Source of the DNA: Felis catus
Taxonomy: Eukaryota
DNA: 64,000 nucleotides
Reading direction: 5' to 3'
Assembly: GCF_018350175.1 (NCBI RefSeq)
Contig: NC_058368.1
Location: 56,112,001-56,176,000, forward strand
The translations under genes were made by a program, and so were the position numbers. The notes below the pieces were generated by a model, which had not been told where the DNA came from, ran no database searches, and saw only the letters and a list, made by a program, of their open reading frames with translations. The first letter of the stretch is position 1. Each line of letters begins with the position of its first letter. Positions 1 to 14,076 of this stretch are shown here, piece by piece.

Positions 1-23
1 GTAGGATCTTGATTTTAGGATTA

Positions 24-245
24 TTTTTTTTTTAATTTTTTTTTCAACGTTTATTTATTTTTGTGACAGAGAGAGACAGAGCATGAACGGGGGAGGGGCA
101 GAGAGAGAGGGAGACAGAATCGGAAACAGGCTCCAGGCTCTGAGCCATCAGCCCAGAGCCTGACGCGGGGCTCGAACTCACGGACCGCGAGATCGTGACC
201 TGGCTGAAGTCGGACGCTTAACCGACTGCGCCACCCAGGCGCCCC
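24..245 (-). mobile_element. CAN-SINE (young SINEC_Fc-like)
   Basis: Reverse complement of GGGGCGCCTGGGTGGCGCAGTCGGTTAAGCGTCCGACTTCAGCCAGG head, (CT)n tract and A tail; CpGs intact; GATTATTTTT repeated on both flanks. Confidence 0.95.
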
Positions 246-3200
246 GAAGATTATTTTTTAAAAATTTATTCATTCTAGTGTGTTTTCTGTGATACCCACC
301 TAAAAATAACCTTTTCTGAATGCTATGAAGCAATACCATTAGAGTGACAATGCTGAGGAAAAGACATGATATTGTTAGAAACTTTTTGCAAAAACTTCCC
401 TACTTTAGGAAAGTAGGTCTGAGATGAAAGATTAATGATAAGAAGATTATGGAAAATATTTGGAATATAAAGATACATACTTAAAACTCAAGAAAGGGTA
501 ATATTAAGTTACATATGTGTCAAAATTATCTGAAGTGAGATAATATATACTAATAAGTTTATATTAAATTATTATCATGTTTTAAATACCTAATATTAAT
601 TCACTTATAGCCCTCAATTTCAAGGTCAAATCTTTGTTTTCTAATCTCTCAAAAATTGATTTTCCTCCAGTGAAAATATAGGAAAATGTAAAAGTGGCAT
701 TACTCTCTGATCCCCATCATAAAAATATGAAGTCCTACAAAAATCTTAAAATAAAATTTCTCCCATGTGATTAAAATAGTATGTCTTCTTTATTTTCTTA
801 ATTAATTAGTTGTATATATTAATGATATATCTCAATCCCCAAATCCCACCACTTACTTTATGCATTACTTCTTTTCCTAATATTGAATAATTTTTTTAAT
901 TCAACACAGAATTAAAGTAGATATGGAAAATTTCCTACTACCTGAAGAGAAAATTAAATTTCTGTAATAATTAAGATTTTTATAAATTATGATCTTTATG
1001 GTACAAGAAAGAGGAATAAGTGTTTTTGAGAAACAGTAAAATTAAACTGATTCCTTTTACATGTTGTGGGTAATAGACCTTCTAAGCAAAATAAATTATC
1101 CAATAAGTGAAAATCAAGATTGAAACTATACCATCAATTCACGGCAATCATACGGAAGAAAAGAAAACTTTACTACCTTTATCCAATGTACTGGAAGAAG
1201 TGACTGAGGAAGAAGATTGTTTTAGAAGTAATCTGAATGGGATTCAGTGTGAGTTAAAACTGTAAGAGTTACTAAATTTGAATCAAGTTCACATGATAGA
1301 AACATTTTGACATAGGTAGTTTAAGACTTTATTTTCCAGTTATACTTATTTTTAAATATATAACAATGTGTGACTTAGGTTGATTAAACTGGCTACTCTT
1401 TTGGCAAGTATAATTATCCCATATGAATATGAGTCTATGCATGTGTATGAACGGTAGTGCTGGAAATAATTTTCACAACAGAAGAAGTAATCAACTCTCA
1501 TCTTGAGAAGTAAAAAGGAGGAAGAAAAAGTTTTTTTTACTCCTTTGATACTATTCCTTCTGTACATTACTTTTCAGACATTGTCACTTATTATTATCAG
1601 CTATGTTACATGTTTTTAAGCATTTAATGTATGACTTCTTTCCCCATTTTCATCTTATTTATTTTATTTCACTCTCACACATGAAATCCTAGACATCTTA
1701 TTAGTATTATTTTTCTGTGAATCAAACAAATTGGGTGAAACTCACTGAACTGGATCTCTTTTCCATTTTCTATTATTCACTTTTTCCATGTTTCTCTGTT
1801 ATAAGAGACCTATCTGTTTGAGCTATATCAGTAGGACTTCTGGAGGTCAGAGGGAGGGGAAGAATGGATATCATTCTAATAGTTCCTTTTCTGTTGCATT
1901 ATCTTGTAATAATTGCTAACACCTCCTCTTGAGATAGTCCTTTCCATTCACCTCTCCTTCCAGGTTCTGCTGACTCTTACTGCATCTAGCCCCTTTCATC
2001 GAAGGGTACTAACAGAACCTGCTATCATTACCTCTGTTACACCGTGACATATCTTTTAGGAGGAAGTCACAATTTCAAAATGGTCCCTTTATTAAATAAA
2101 CACTCTGTGAATTATCTTAATTTTATTTCATACTGGGAACTAGATACACTCATTATATTAAATTGATCCAATAAACTAAGACCTGCATGGGAATTTATAA
2201 AAGAGATAACTTCATTCATATTCTAGAGATTGTACAAGAAAACAACAACAACAACTCTTTGACATAACATGTTAATGTCTTGCCTGAGTTATGTGTACAT
2301 CATTGGTTGGAAAGTGGACTTCTCTCATCATAGTCTCTAAGGGTCACTGGAGGTTCCATAGAAACAAAATACCAGGATTGCATAGACAAGGAGAAAGAAA
2401 GTTGAAGAACCGGGAGTTGGTCGTAAAGGTTTTGCCTAGACAGTCTCTTCAGTCACATTTATTTGGCTAAGTCTGAATGATAGCATAATATTCCTAAAGG
2501 GAGGAGTGTCACATATGGTTGAACACTAACAGACTAATGCAGTCTTCCATTCTGGTCACCAACTATTGGCTTTTTTTTTTCTTTATTTCATGTATGGAAC
2601 ATTCCCACCCAATCCCCACCTAGTCACTACTTCCAGTACTATATTTGAGATCTCTTGTGTTGTGTGATTTTTTTTCTCTGTATCAGGTCAGTTTGTGGTT
2701 TCTTTTGCTCTGAAGAATTATGAACTCAAAAAAAAGTTATCTTTCCTTCAAACTTGCATTATAAAAGGATGGAATTGAAGAACACAATAATAGTAAAAGG
2801 TGTTTCAAGGAAGAAACATTGTAGTTGCAAAGCATAGGACAAAAATGAACTACAAGGGTATAAAAGAGTCAAAATTAAACATAGGCATATAGAAAATGTA
2901 TATGTATATTAGTTATCTTATTAGTTTAAAAGGAATTTCATTAATTAACCAATTATCTTTGCAGTTAAGAGGTTTATATAGTATATAGTCAATAAAACTA
3001 GATATATGGCTTTACTGGGAATTAAGTAATTGGATAGATTTTTATGCCTCATTATTAATGACCTGAAACATTAAAAAAAATCATTTTAGGCCACTGGATA
3101 CTTACTAATTTGAATAATTCTATTTTACGATAGTCCCAGTATTATATTAAACCTAATCTTTCCCAGTTGAATAATTCCAATTTATGGAAAATTATTAAGG

Positions 3201-3651
3201 ATTTAAATAATTAGAATTCCAATAAAAAATGTTAGTTAATGACAGTCTTACCAAGGGTAACAAAGTAATTTGGGGAAGTAAATAATTTCAGTATCAAATC
3301 CAGGTATATTCACTTATTTTCAAACCTACTTTTTCTATTTCATTAACTAGTCAAAAGACATCCATAAAGTGAGGATAGTTTATTTTAATTATTTCATGGA
3401 ATAAATGTGCACTACAATATTGTGACATTTTATAAGCATTTGGTGTCATAAAGGCTAAAGAACCACGATTATATTCAATACATCTATAAAGAAAATAGAT
3501 TAAAGTAGCCATAATGAGAAGAATGATTATTTCTATCAAATCCTAAAAACAAACATGCCATCATTCAGTCTGTATGTTTGTTGCAAAATGCTAATATGGC
3601 TTGGTAACATTTTACATTTGCATGTTTCTTCTCATTTAACAAATTTAAGCA

Positions 3652-3859
3652 TTTTATTTTTTTATTAAATTTTTGTATGTTTATTTTTGAAAGAGAGGGA
3701 ATGAACAGGGGAGGGGTAGATAGAGAGGGCAACACACAATCTGAACCAGGCTCCACGCTCTGAGCTGTCATCCCAGAGCCCAATGCAGAGCTCAAACTCA
3801 TGAACCACAAAATCATGACCTGAGCTGAAGTCAGATGCTTAACCCACCCAAGAGCCCCC
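3652..3859 (-). mobile_element. CAN-SINE
   Basis: Antisense SINE body; AAATTTAA repeated on both flanks. Confidence 0.92.
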
Positions 3860-3920
3860 AAATTTAAATATTTTAAAAACATTGTACTACAATTTCCAAA
3901 TATATGCCAGAAATGTATAG

Positions 3921-5100
3921 CTAATAGTTCTCAAAGTTTTTAGTCATAAAATCCCTTTATAGTCTTAAGTTATTAATAATTTGAGTAATTTTAGATTTAT
4001 AGTTATTAAAATTTATCATACCAGAAATTAAGAGTGAGAAAATGATAAAATATTTTCTTCATTTGAAATAATGATAATAAACTTATTACTGCTAACATAG
4101 GTATTTTTATGAAAAAATAACTTTTCTGAAAAACTTATGAAAAGAGTAGTATTCTGTATTCTTGCAAGTCTTTTTAATATCTTGCTAAGTATTAAATAGG
4201 TTGGCTTTCATATCTGCTTCTACATGAAATCTGTGCAATGTGCTGTTTTGGTTTACGTATATCAAGAAAACCATCCCTTTCATAGATGGGACTATGTCAC
4301 ATGTAGCTAGGACTGTGAGAAATATTTAATAGTTTTTCTAAGTGTGGATATTCTTTTTTGTACCATACTAGATGGTAATATGTTAATGTTTCACAGAGAC
4401 TAGTTGCAATGTGGAACATGAAATCATATCCTTTTGTATGGAGACTTACTGCCTTATCTTCCAACTTGTATGTGTCTTCAACACATGAGTGATTAGATAA
4501 CATTAGACTTGCATCATTTGGTAAAAAATTTAAATTTAAAATCTAAAATTATATTATTTGTGAAATGTCCAGAGTTCCATTATTTGTGAAAATGTACTTC
4601 ATATGCAAAATCAAGCAAATGAAAAAAGACAGTATTTAATAGTTTGAATAAGTAAACAGATACATATATACATGGTCTTGAAATATTTTGATGAATAAGG
4701 AAAAATTATTACAACCCAACATTATCTTCATAATTTTGTCACTTCTCTAATTTCATATGCAGACATGGCAATAATAAACTGTATAATCCACACTCATTAC
4801 ATACATACGTGACTAAATAGAACAAAGAATCTCTTATTTTTAGGATTTTTTTTCCTTTTTCTTACCGTCATATTTTCTGCTATTGCCCATTATGTAATGT
4901 ATTAAGATCTATTTTGCTACTTAACTGTTGAGTATGTGACCCATAATTTCATACCAATTTAAAGCTGCAAAGTGTTCCCACGTAGTGGCAGAGGGACCAG
5001 GGAGTCTAAAATGGCAAATGAATGATCATGGTTTTTTTTAAACCATCGTGTACAGGTTCTCTAGGGAATGTTTTGTCAGAGATATTTGGAAAGCACTGCT
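3921..5100. mobile_element. Charlie1-like hAT DNA transposon relic
   Basis: Starts with AATAGTTCTCAAAGTTTT and contains TCATATCTGCTTCTACATGAAATCTGTGCAATGTGCTGTTTTGG, resembling the Charlie1 consensus as recalled; right end uncertain. Confidence 0.55.
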
Positions 5101-5202
5101 GAGTCAGTGTAACATTGTTCTAATCAGAGGATTTCTGACCAATAGTGCCAAGGAGCAAAAGATAGGAACCCAGCTGAGCCTTGTAAAAACTCAATATTTG
5201 AT

Positions 5203-5419
5203 GGGGTGCCTGGGTGGCTCAGTTGGTTAAGCGTCGGACTTCAGCTCAGGTCACGATCTCGCGGTCCATGAGTTCGAGCCCCGCGTCGGGCTCTGGGCTG
5301 ATGGCTCAGAGCCTGGAGCCTTCTTCCGATTCTGTGTCTCCCTCTCTCTCTGTCCCTCCCCCGTTCATGCTGTGTCTCTCTCTGTCTCAAAAACAAATAA
5401 ACATTAAAAAAATTAAAAA
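5203..5419 (+). mobile_element. CAN-SINE (SINEC_Fc-like)
   Basis: Full SINE with perfect 18-bp TSD AAAAACTCAATATTTGAT (5185-5202 and 5420-5437). Confidence 0.97.
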
Positions 5420-6429
5420 AAAAACTCAATATTTGATAAAATAGAAAGAACTTGAGAAATAAACTGGTCAGGGCTTTGAGAACATTCTTTCTTGATTTTG
5501 TTTTATTTTGCCATTTCAACAGCAGCTAATGCCAGAAATTATTGTGCTTAGTCCTTGGTGGTTTTATCTTCTCTTCCTAGATTTTGCTACATTAATTTAG
5601 GCTGCAGTTATCTCAACATGGTTTGTAACTATAACATACAACTTTATTTAAAGTTTATTCTCCCTATTTTTTCTATTAGTGTAGTCTGGTAGCAAGGGAG
5701 ATAAACTTTTATGAACAAGGGTGGGATACAGCCATGGTTGTGATCTTTCTTTCAAAGTCGAATCATTATCAATGGAATATAGCCCTAAACCTTGAAACTG
5801 AATGGATAAACAGAACTGTTTTGGTTTAAAATGATGTTATCTGATATCAGTTTGCCAGTTTCCAGCATTTCATATACCATGAGACTTTCTTTCTGTCTTG
5901 AAATGAAATCAGTAAGACCCGCCCGCTGGTCGCTTTACAGCTTAGGAACTCAAGCATATGCCACACTTGTTCTTTCAACAATCTCCACTTACCTAAAACC
6001 AAAGCATTCACAAATTTGTGGAATAATAGAAGTCACAATTCTCAATATGACCATTAGTCATACTCATGGATATAACATTACATGTGAAAATATAATGCAT
6101 CCTTATATTTAGTATGTCTTGCCTTAAGTAATATCTAAGGGTTGAACTTAAACTGTAGCAATTGGTAGCACTATATAATTATACTTTGTTCATAGATTAT
6201 CAGCATAATAATTGATAATATCAGAAGCTGTTCTCCCTCTGCTATCCTACAGAACTCTAATTATGCTCCATACCAATTAAAAAGGAGAACATATTCTCTG
6301 ACCTTCTCAATTTTTCTCCCCAAATAAACTTGGATTTATTTGAACCACAGCCAAGCATTAAACTTAAGCTCTGCATTGTCCAGAGGCACCAGGTTCTTTT
6401 CCTAGGGGTAATTTGTGTAAATATTTCCT

Positions 6430-6800
6430 TATCAATTCGTTTAGCAAACATTCAGTGCCAGATTTGTGCTGAGCGTAAAGGGCACAAAACATAAGCAGTC
6501 CCAGTTTCTGTTCTCAAATCACTTAAAATATGGAAAAGGAGTCAGAATGACATGGTTTGAAAATTATTGTAAAACATTCTATAGGTTAGTATAGGGACAT
6601 AAAAGAGAAATTAGTCCCATCAATAGTTCAGAAAAGCCTCCATAGAAGAAAGGTTAGCTATAATTTGTCTCTTGAAGAGCAGGTATTGAGGGAAGGACAT
6701 TTCAGACAAAAGAAGCATTGTGCCCACAAAGAAGAAAACCTGTATTAGCTAGACATTTGAGAACTGAGTAGGTTTCACGTGCTGAAAATTAGAAGAAAAG
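6430..6800 (-). mobile_element. L2 LINE 3' fragment (old)
   Basis: Degenerate CAAACATT..GTGCCAG..TGTGCT..GGGCACAAA and GGGAAGGACATTTCAGAC motifs typical of antisense L2. Confidence 0.5.
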
Positions 6801-6957
6801 GAATGTGTTGTATAATGTAAGATCACAAGAATAAAAAATTGAAAGATATACGTTATTGTTGTAACAGCTTTAGTTAGACAACATCCTATGTTGTTTGTGG
6901 GTAAGTTGCTATTATTTGTAGGGCCATTTATCAATAAATATTAAAATTAGCGATCCA

Positions 6958-7164
6958 GGGGCGCCTGGGTGTCTCAGTCGTTAAGCGTTCGACTTCAGCT
7001 CAGGTCACGATCTCACGATCCGAGAGTTCGAGCCCCGCGTCGGGCTCTGTGCTGACAGCTCAGAACCTGGAGCCTGCTTCAGATTCTGTGTCTCCCTCTC
7101 TCTCTGACCCTCCCCCGTTCATGCTCTGTCTCTGTCTCAAAAATAAATAAATATTAATTTTTTT
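6958..7164 (+). mobile_element. CAN-SINE
   Basis: Full SINE; 14-bp TSD AAATTAGCGATCCA (6944-6957 and 7165-7178). Confidence 0.96.
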
Positions 7165-9059
7165 AAATTAGCGATCCACACATCTTTTGGTACAGAAATT
7201 CTGCTTTAAGTAATATATACAAGAGAAAGACATAAAATTGTTATTGTAGCGTTATTTGTATATTAAAATGAAAAAATATAAATGAATATTATGGAAATGC
7301 ATAAATATGTTATGAAATATAAATGCAATCCAACACAAAGGAGTAATTTTAAAAGCTAAGATATATTATCATATATTACATATGTATGTCGTAAAATGTT
7401 TTCAATTGTAGAGTGATAAATATATGCATGAATATTTTTATAAATTGGGTCTCACCATAGTGTACTCCTATCCAGTTAAATAATGAAGGTTCTAGGAACC
7501 TTACCTCTGTTTGAGAAAAGCAGTGACACAAACACAAAGTGCAGTCCACAATGGATCTGTCCACCTAGAGTAGTAAGGAGTGGCCTATTCAGAGTGCAAA
7601 TTCTCCTAGATCATGTGCTAATAACATTTAGGCTGCTGTCACAGGAAAGATATCACCAGATAAAGAAGTTACTGCTCTGCACTTGTGCACTTTTAACTTG
7701 AAGGTGAGGCATTACCTTGGCTTGGCTCCCACATGGATTTCATTCAGTGCATAGCCCAGAATTTGCCAGCAAGTCCCACAAACTTAACTATCGAAACAGA
7801 ACTTTTCCTTATAATGTAAGAGTGCTTCAAAGAGAGCACAATAGAATATTTGTTGTGTAGCATATTAAATATCATGAATTTACTATTGCGAGATTATTAT
7901 TAATGCCTTCCCTCTTGCCTGATTCTAAAGAGTCCTCTTCTTCCCACTAACCAACTGAAAAACAAACAAAAACAAAACAAAACACTTTACCTCTTACAAT
8001 CTAAAAGATTGTTTTTAATTTTTTATCTGTTGAAGGATTTGAGAGATAGTTTTGAATTAAAGCATAAAACAGGACAGCATTGACCACTCTCTTAAAAAAA
8101 CTACTGTTATAATTGATCTCTGTGGAATATGAATGCCTTGAATATGGGGGAGGGTGGAGGGCATATATAAGCATGTGTGTAAAATAAATAACACTAATAT
8201 TTCAAGATACTTTCTCACTGCATCTGCAAAGGCAGTGTTCTGAGGGACAATATAACAAATTCATAGTGCTGAGCTGGGGAGAATAGGAATGGCAGTGTGA
8301 GAAGAAAGAAGCTTTCAGAAATATTTTCCAGCATTATCATTGTTTACATACTTGACAACAATTTCAGATATATTTAAATTCAAAAGAAAGAAAAAATGGA
8401 AAGAGAAGGAAAAAAGAAGAGATTAAGGAACAGGGAAAAAGAAAGAATAAATATATAAAAGAGAACTATGAATAAATAAAGTTATATGGGCTAAATAGCA
8501 AAGAGTATGACACTCAATACTCAAATATTTGGATTTTATTCCACAGGCAGTGGAAAACTTTTTAGTTCCTCAGAAGGTTGTTAATATGGTCGGATGTATA
8601 TGCTTTAAGAGAAATATAATAATTATTATATACATTAATTATGTATAATTTATATTTACATCTTGTATAATAATAAAATTATATGATATACCTTTTATAT
8701 ATTATTATATATTTATAATATAATATGTAGCCTCAAGTTTATGTTATATATTAATATAATGAATAACTTAAGAATATAATAAATATTATATTACACATTA
8801 TTCATGTTAACTATTACTATTAAATCATATTTCTCATTCAGCTGCTCTATGAACAAAGAATTATTCATGTCTTTAGGAATCTCTTCTTATATATATCTAA
8901 TTATTAGTATATTAAAATTAGACAATAAGAATAGTCTCAAACCCTGTTACCTACCACTACCTAAATGCCCACTTTGTCCAGGTATTAAACTGTCTAAACA
9001 GTAACAATGGAATATTAATCATATTAAATAGAATTTACTAGCATTAAATCTCTCAGGTG

Positions 9060-9232
9060 TTTTGCCAAGAAAGTTCTGTACCTAAGATGTAGATATTATT
9101 AGTAGCTCTATTTAGTGGATGAGAAAAATAAAATTCAAAAAACTTGCCAAAGGTCACTACCTCAAATTGAGATAAATCATTATCAAACCTAAGTCCGTCT
9201 GTCTTCAGAATACATGATCTTCCCACTATGCT
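9060..9232 (-). mobile_element. MIR
   Basis: GATGAGAAAA..AACTTGCCAAAGGTCAC..AAACCTAAGTCCGTCTG core. Confidence 0.6.
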
Positions 9233-9617
9233 TCTATTTCTCTCTTTTTGTTTGATAATAAACCCAAGTGTATTTTTTCTCACACAAATCTATACAATGG
9301 GGAAAAGATAATCAGAAGGGATTAATCACAATGAACGAAATGTGCATAGAAGACACATGAGACCACTAGAATGTGTGTATTTTCCTTATATTCAATTTGG
9401 TCCAGCAACTGAATAAGCCAATACCTTCTACTTTATTTTCAGTTTGGATATGGAGCAGTGAAATGTTATTTTCTGATGCCAATATTTTTCTTTTCTTTTG
9501 AGGACAGAATTTAATTTCCTGCTATAGAGACGACAGGTCTTACAAATTGCTGCAATTTACATTGCTCCTATGTGTGGAAGGACATGCAAGCCAGAGAGAA
9601 ATAGTTTGGAAAATCAG

Positions 9618-9972
9618 GGATGGAACTGGAGAGTGTGATGCTAAGTGAAATAAGCCATACAGAGAAAGACAGATACCATATGTTTTCACTCTTATGTGGA
9701 TCCTGAGAAACTTAACAGGAACCCATAGGGGAGGGGAAGGGAAAAAAAAAAGAGAGGTTAGAGTGGGAGAGAGCCAAAGCATAAGGGACTCTTAAAAACT
9801 GAGAACAAACTGAGGGCTGATGCGGGGGTGGGAGGGAGCAGAGGGTGGGTGATGGGTATTGAAGAGGGCATCTTTTGGGATGAGCACTGGATGTTGTATG
9901 GAAACCAATTTGACAATAAATTTCATATATTAAATAATAATAATAATAATAATAATAATTTAAAATTAAAAA
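9618..9972 (+). mobile_element. 5'-truncated L1 3' end (felid-type)
   Basis: GGATGGAACTGGAGAGTGTGATGCTAAGTGAAATAAG, 3' UTR and (AAT)n tail; TSD AAAATCAG (9610-9617 and 9973-9980). Confidence 0.93.
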
Positions 9973-10304
9973 AAAATCAGAGATGAGTACTTTGCAACAT
10001 CTATGGCTCCATGTGCTCTTCCAAGTATTGAGTCACAGTAGGAGAAGTTTGTTTATTTTTCAGTGCAGAAAGTCACTTTGGGGCTGAAATTTGTATCCAT
10101 TAGAAATCATACAACTCTTGTTTTAATATACATATCAGTACCTAGAAGGTTTGATGTATTCACTAGAATAAATAACCCAACAGTCAATTTTAAGTTCGGT
10201 TATTAAATTAACATTAAAACCCTAAAATGAACATAAAGTCTGTATGTTATTTATAAAGAAAAAATGTCTAACAAATTCCAGTTTCCTCTAGATATATAAT
10301 AAAG

Positions 10305-10532
10305 AATACCTAACATGTTTAGTGTTCACCACATGTCAGTTACCATGATCAATATTTTGTCATACATCCATTGTTTCATATTTCTGTAATATAAATACAA
10401 TTTGGGGAACAATTTTGTAAATTAAGAAACTGAAGTTACTACCAAGAGGTAGTAACTTGCCAAAAGTCATACAATGAATGACTGGTTTTGGGACCAGCAT
10501 TTGAACTCATTTATTTGACTCCAGAGTCTGAC
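10305..10532 (-). mobile_element. MIR
   Basis: AAGAAACTGAAG..GTAACTTGCCAAAAGTCATACA..TTTGAACTC..TGACTCCAGAG core. Confidence 0.65.
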
Positions 10533-11701
10533 TATTGGGTTTTCAAATGTGAAGAGGCTAGGTAAGAGCAGTGAAGCAAGAGGGTAGGGATGTAGAGACT
10601 ATGTAAATTAGCCTGTTATTAGAGCTGGAAGCCATTCCATACCTTGTTCATTTGTCCCTTCAATAATTATTTACTTTTTTCCTAACATGAGCCACCTCTT
10701 ACATGATGATGATTGAGAGATAAGAATTCACTACCCTAAATTAGGTGTTCCTTGATCTAGTAGTTACCTTTTTAATTAGGTGTCTAGATTCATGACAGTT
10801 TCATTAGCTACCAAAAGCCTTTTTTAAGCGAAAGTCTAGCTCACCCGTTAGGCATAGATAGCGAAGTATAAATGAAAAGAACTGTGAATAGTCCAAGGAA
10901 GGTATACAATTCTAACAAGCATTAAAGGGGAAAAAGATAGAAACACAAAGGACGTAATATAGATGAGGACCAGAATTTGAACTCTTGAAAGAAGGCTACT
11001 TTGAAGAAGTTTTTTAAAGGAATAAAATAGGTCAGGTTTTCTTAAACAATAGGTGCATTTTGTAGAATTGAAACCCAATGAATCCCAGCCCTAACTAAGA
11101 GCACTATACAAATCTGGAGGCATATACTTCAAAAACAAATGTATAGGCTAGTGAAAAATAGGAAGGTATTAGAGGCAGGATGTCTGGTATTGTAAAGAGG
11201 TCCGTGTTTCAAAGAAGGTTGTGAATACTGGCAGTGCAAGAAACCCAATTTAGTCTTTGATTAACGTTATCTGCATTAACTGTAGGGTAGCCTGCTCACA
11301 GGAGGGACAAGAGTAGTTGCCACATACATGACCCCCACTCTTTTCAGTATTTTTTTTTGCACCAGAAATGCAAAGGTCAAAGGAAAAATATATTTTAGAG
11401 TAGGTAAATATAATAGATGCACAGTAATAGTCAAGGAAGAACAAAGGACTAAATAAATGTTACAAATTTCCAGATTTGTAAGGGAGGATTTTTGTTTGAG
11501 ATAGCTCAGTCAATAAGGCAAGGGAGTATTTAATTTGGATTCCCAATATTAGTCTATCTCACCCTCCGATTTTGTAAAGGTAGCAATGCCACAATTAAAC
11601 TTGAAATAATAATTCTTCCAAATATGTTGGTCTTTCAGTTGTCTTCCCAGAATAGCCTGACTGAAATGATTGTATGCATATTATTGAAAATGAAATTTTG
11701 A

Positions 11702-11919
11702 GGGATGCCTGGGTGGCTCAGTTGGTTGAGCCTCTGACTTCAGCTCAGGTCATGATCTCACAGTTAGTGAGTTCAAGCCCTGTGTCAGGCTCTGCGCTGA
11801 CAGCTCAGAACCTGGAGCCTGCTTCGGATTCTGTGTCTCCCTCTCTCTCTGCCCCTCCCCTGCTTACTCTCTTTCTCTCTCTCTCTCTCAAAAAAAAAAC
11901 ATTAAAAAATTTTTAAAAA
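11702..11919 (+). mobile_element. CAN-SINE
   Basis: SINE head, CT tract and A tail; AAATGAAATT repeated on both flanks. Confidence 0.94.
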
Positions 11920-13850
11920 GAAATGAAATTGTGAAATGTTTTTCATAACACTTTTCTTCACTTACTAACCTTGCACATGAAGTAATAGCAATGTAAATAT
12001 GTTTTTACTTCAGCTAAATTAAAAGAGATGGTAAACTATTCCTATTATATCTTGTTCAATTTCTGGATTTCTGAAAAAGTCAGATACATAAAAGTCTTGG
12101 ATTATTAAAATAATCTATGTGTAGAAGTGCTAGAAGAGCTATTTCTGTTTAATTGGCAGGTGGTACAGGCTGTTCTTGTTAAACAGGAAAATCTAACTGT
12201 AATTAGGCAAAATAGTAATACCCACCGAGAACAAATAATTTTAAATGTTTTTCCTGTATGGTATTGCTCTATGGTCTAGAGCAATAACAGTAATGATATT
12301 ATATAAAACTGGAAGAATTCATGCTAGTTTCCCAATAAAGCCTATGCATAGAAAAAAATCACTTAGGGCATTTTTAAATAATATTGAGTCTGCCTAGATC
12401 TACTAAAGCAGACTGGGGAGAGGGAACCTAGGTAGAAATATGTGTTTATAGAAGGACCTTATTTGATTTTCATGCAGTCAGCCTAGTATCTTTATTTGGA
12501 TTAGCTCTTGAGAAATATGTTTATTCAGAATTTTAATTTCTTTGTGGTTAAAAAAGAGAAGGAATTTCCCTTTAAATATTCTAGTTAAATGTTCTTATAG
12601 GAAATCAATAAGATTTCAACTCATAGTTATTTAATATACAGCATCTTATAACATTTGCAGTGGGTTATTTGAGCAATGCTACAATGTTATGTCAGCAAAT
12701 TATTTTTATTGGTGAATTTGATTGGAAGACGTAACTAGGCATAATTGAATAGAGACACTAGGGGATAAATTTTGGCCTAGTTTATAATACACCTTTGGTT
12801 TTACAATCCATCTTAACCTATTTCAGAAACATTTTTGTATACATGAAAAAATAATTACCCTGTGGGCTGATCTATGCAAATTCTTGGTCTAAGGAATATA
12901 TATTTGACCTTGAAAAGCAAACATAGGTAATTATAATGTTGGAATTCTCTAATACTTTCTTGATTTTCTCTCCCTGAGTGTGCAGTCACCACATAACACA
13001 GTTGATCACAGGTTATTAATTGTAAATTTTTATTTATGGAAAGAACAAAAAGCATGTAAGTAGATCTCTAGTTCTCCAGCACTCTGGGGGGTTAAGTTTC
13101 TAGTCTCTTTATATTTCATAACACTAATTGGGGGATATTTATTAGAGCATGTTTTTTCTGTGTACTATCAAGCAGGACATAATAATATTAAAAAAAACAG
13201 GAATAAAATTAATGAAAGACATACAAGTTCTCTACAGAGGAAACTATAAAATATTACTAAAAAAGGAATTTAATATATCTCTGTAAATAGATAGGTAACT
13301 ATTGCATGCATATCATGGGAGTGATTTCTCATAGTCACAGTTTCCAGGCATCAGAACATGTTATCTTAGAGGCTGGGGGTGTGGGAAGTTAAGGCTCTGC
13401 CTACCACACATAGATTACTTGTGAAGTTATTATTATAATTAGGACTTGATTACAAATCAGATTTCTGAGGCTCAGAGATTGAAGTAATTTGTATAAACTC
13501 TAGTAATTTTTAATGGAGTTAACTATCTCTAGAAATAAAGACCTTTGAATAAATGTATTTCCCAAGTGAGTTGTATCCTTTCAACAACTGAGCTAACTAG
13601 ACATAAAAGTGGACATTAGCACCTCCAAAGGTTAGATACAGTGCTTTTGTGTTTTGTTTTTGTTTTGTCAAAATGTAATATGGAAGACTAGATTAAAATA
13701 AAATTATTGTCACATAATCTGAGTGTTAGGTGCTCAATACTATTTTAATGATACAGATTATATGACATAGCAGTCCATGAATATGTAACTAATTGGACAC
13801 ATGAATGATTGAAGCACATGATGAAAAGTACATTCAAGACTTTATTTCCA

Positions 13851-14076
13851 GGGGCGCCTAGGTGGCTCAGTCAGTTAGTTAGGCATCCGACTTCGGCTCA
13901 GGTCATGATTTCACAGTTTGTTGAGTTCAAGCCCCACGTCAGGCTCTGTGCTGACAGCTCAGAGCCTGGAGCCTGCTTCAGATTCTGTGTCTCCCTCTCT
14001 CTCTCTCTGCCCCTCCCCTGCTCATGCTCTGTCTCTCTCTCTTTCTCAAAAATAAACATTTAAATTTTTTTTAAAA
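13851..14076 (+). mobile_element. CAN-SINE
   Basis: TSD AAGAC(T/A)TTATTTCCA (13836-13850 and 14077-14091). Confidence 0.95.

Noticed and set aside
1352..3539. Minus-strand ORFs 1352-1567 and 3351-3539 as standalone genes
   Set aside because: Short with no recognisable homology; only their internal acceptor-like sites (1501, 3542) are noted as possible terminal exons.
5214..5519. Recurring ORFs such as MAQLVKRRTSAQVTISRSMSSSPASGS and RETQHERGRDRERG (also near 11.7, 13.8, 41.1, 46.4 and 60.7 kb)
   Set aside because: These are translations of CAN-SINEs, not a peptide gene family.
5878..7787. Resemblance of YALNEIHVG to the NAD kinase ALNE motif, and of ENMFSFLIGKWRLL to the Harbinger transposase E..FG.LK.RWR.L motif
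   Set aside because: Short matches with wrong spacing and missing catalytic residues; no assignment is justified without a profile search.
8615..8800. Extremely AT-rich stretch (similar at 29280-29350 and 31680-31760)
   Set aside because: Low complexity with no regular period or evident structure.
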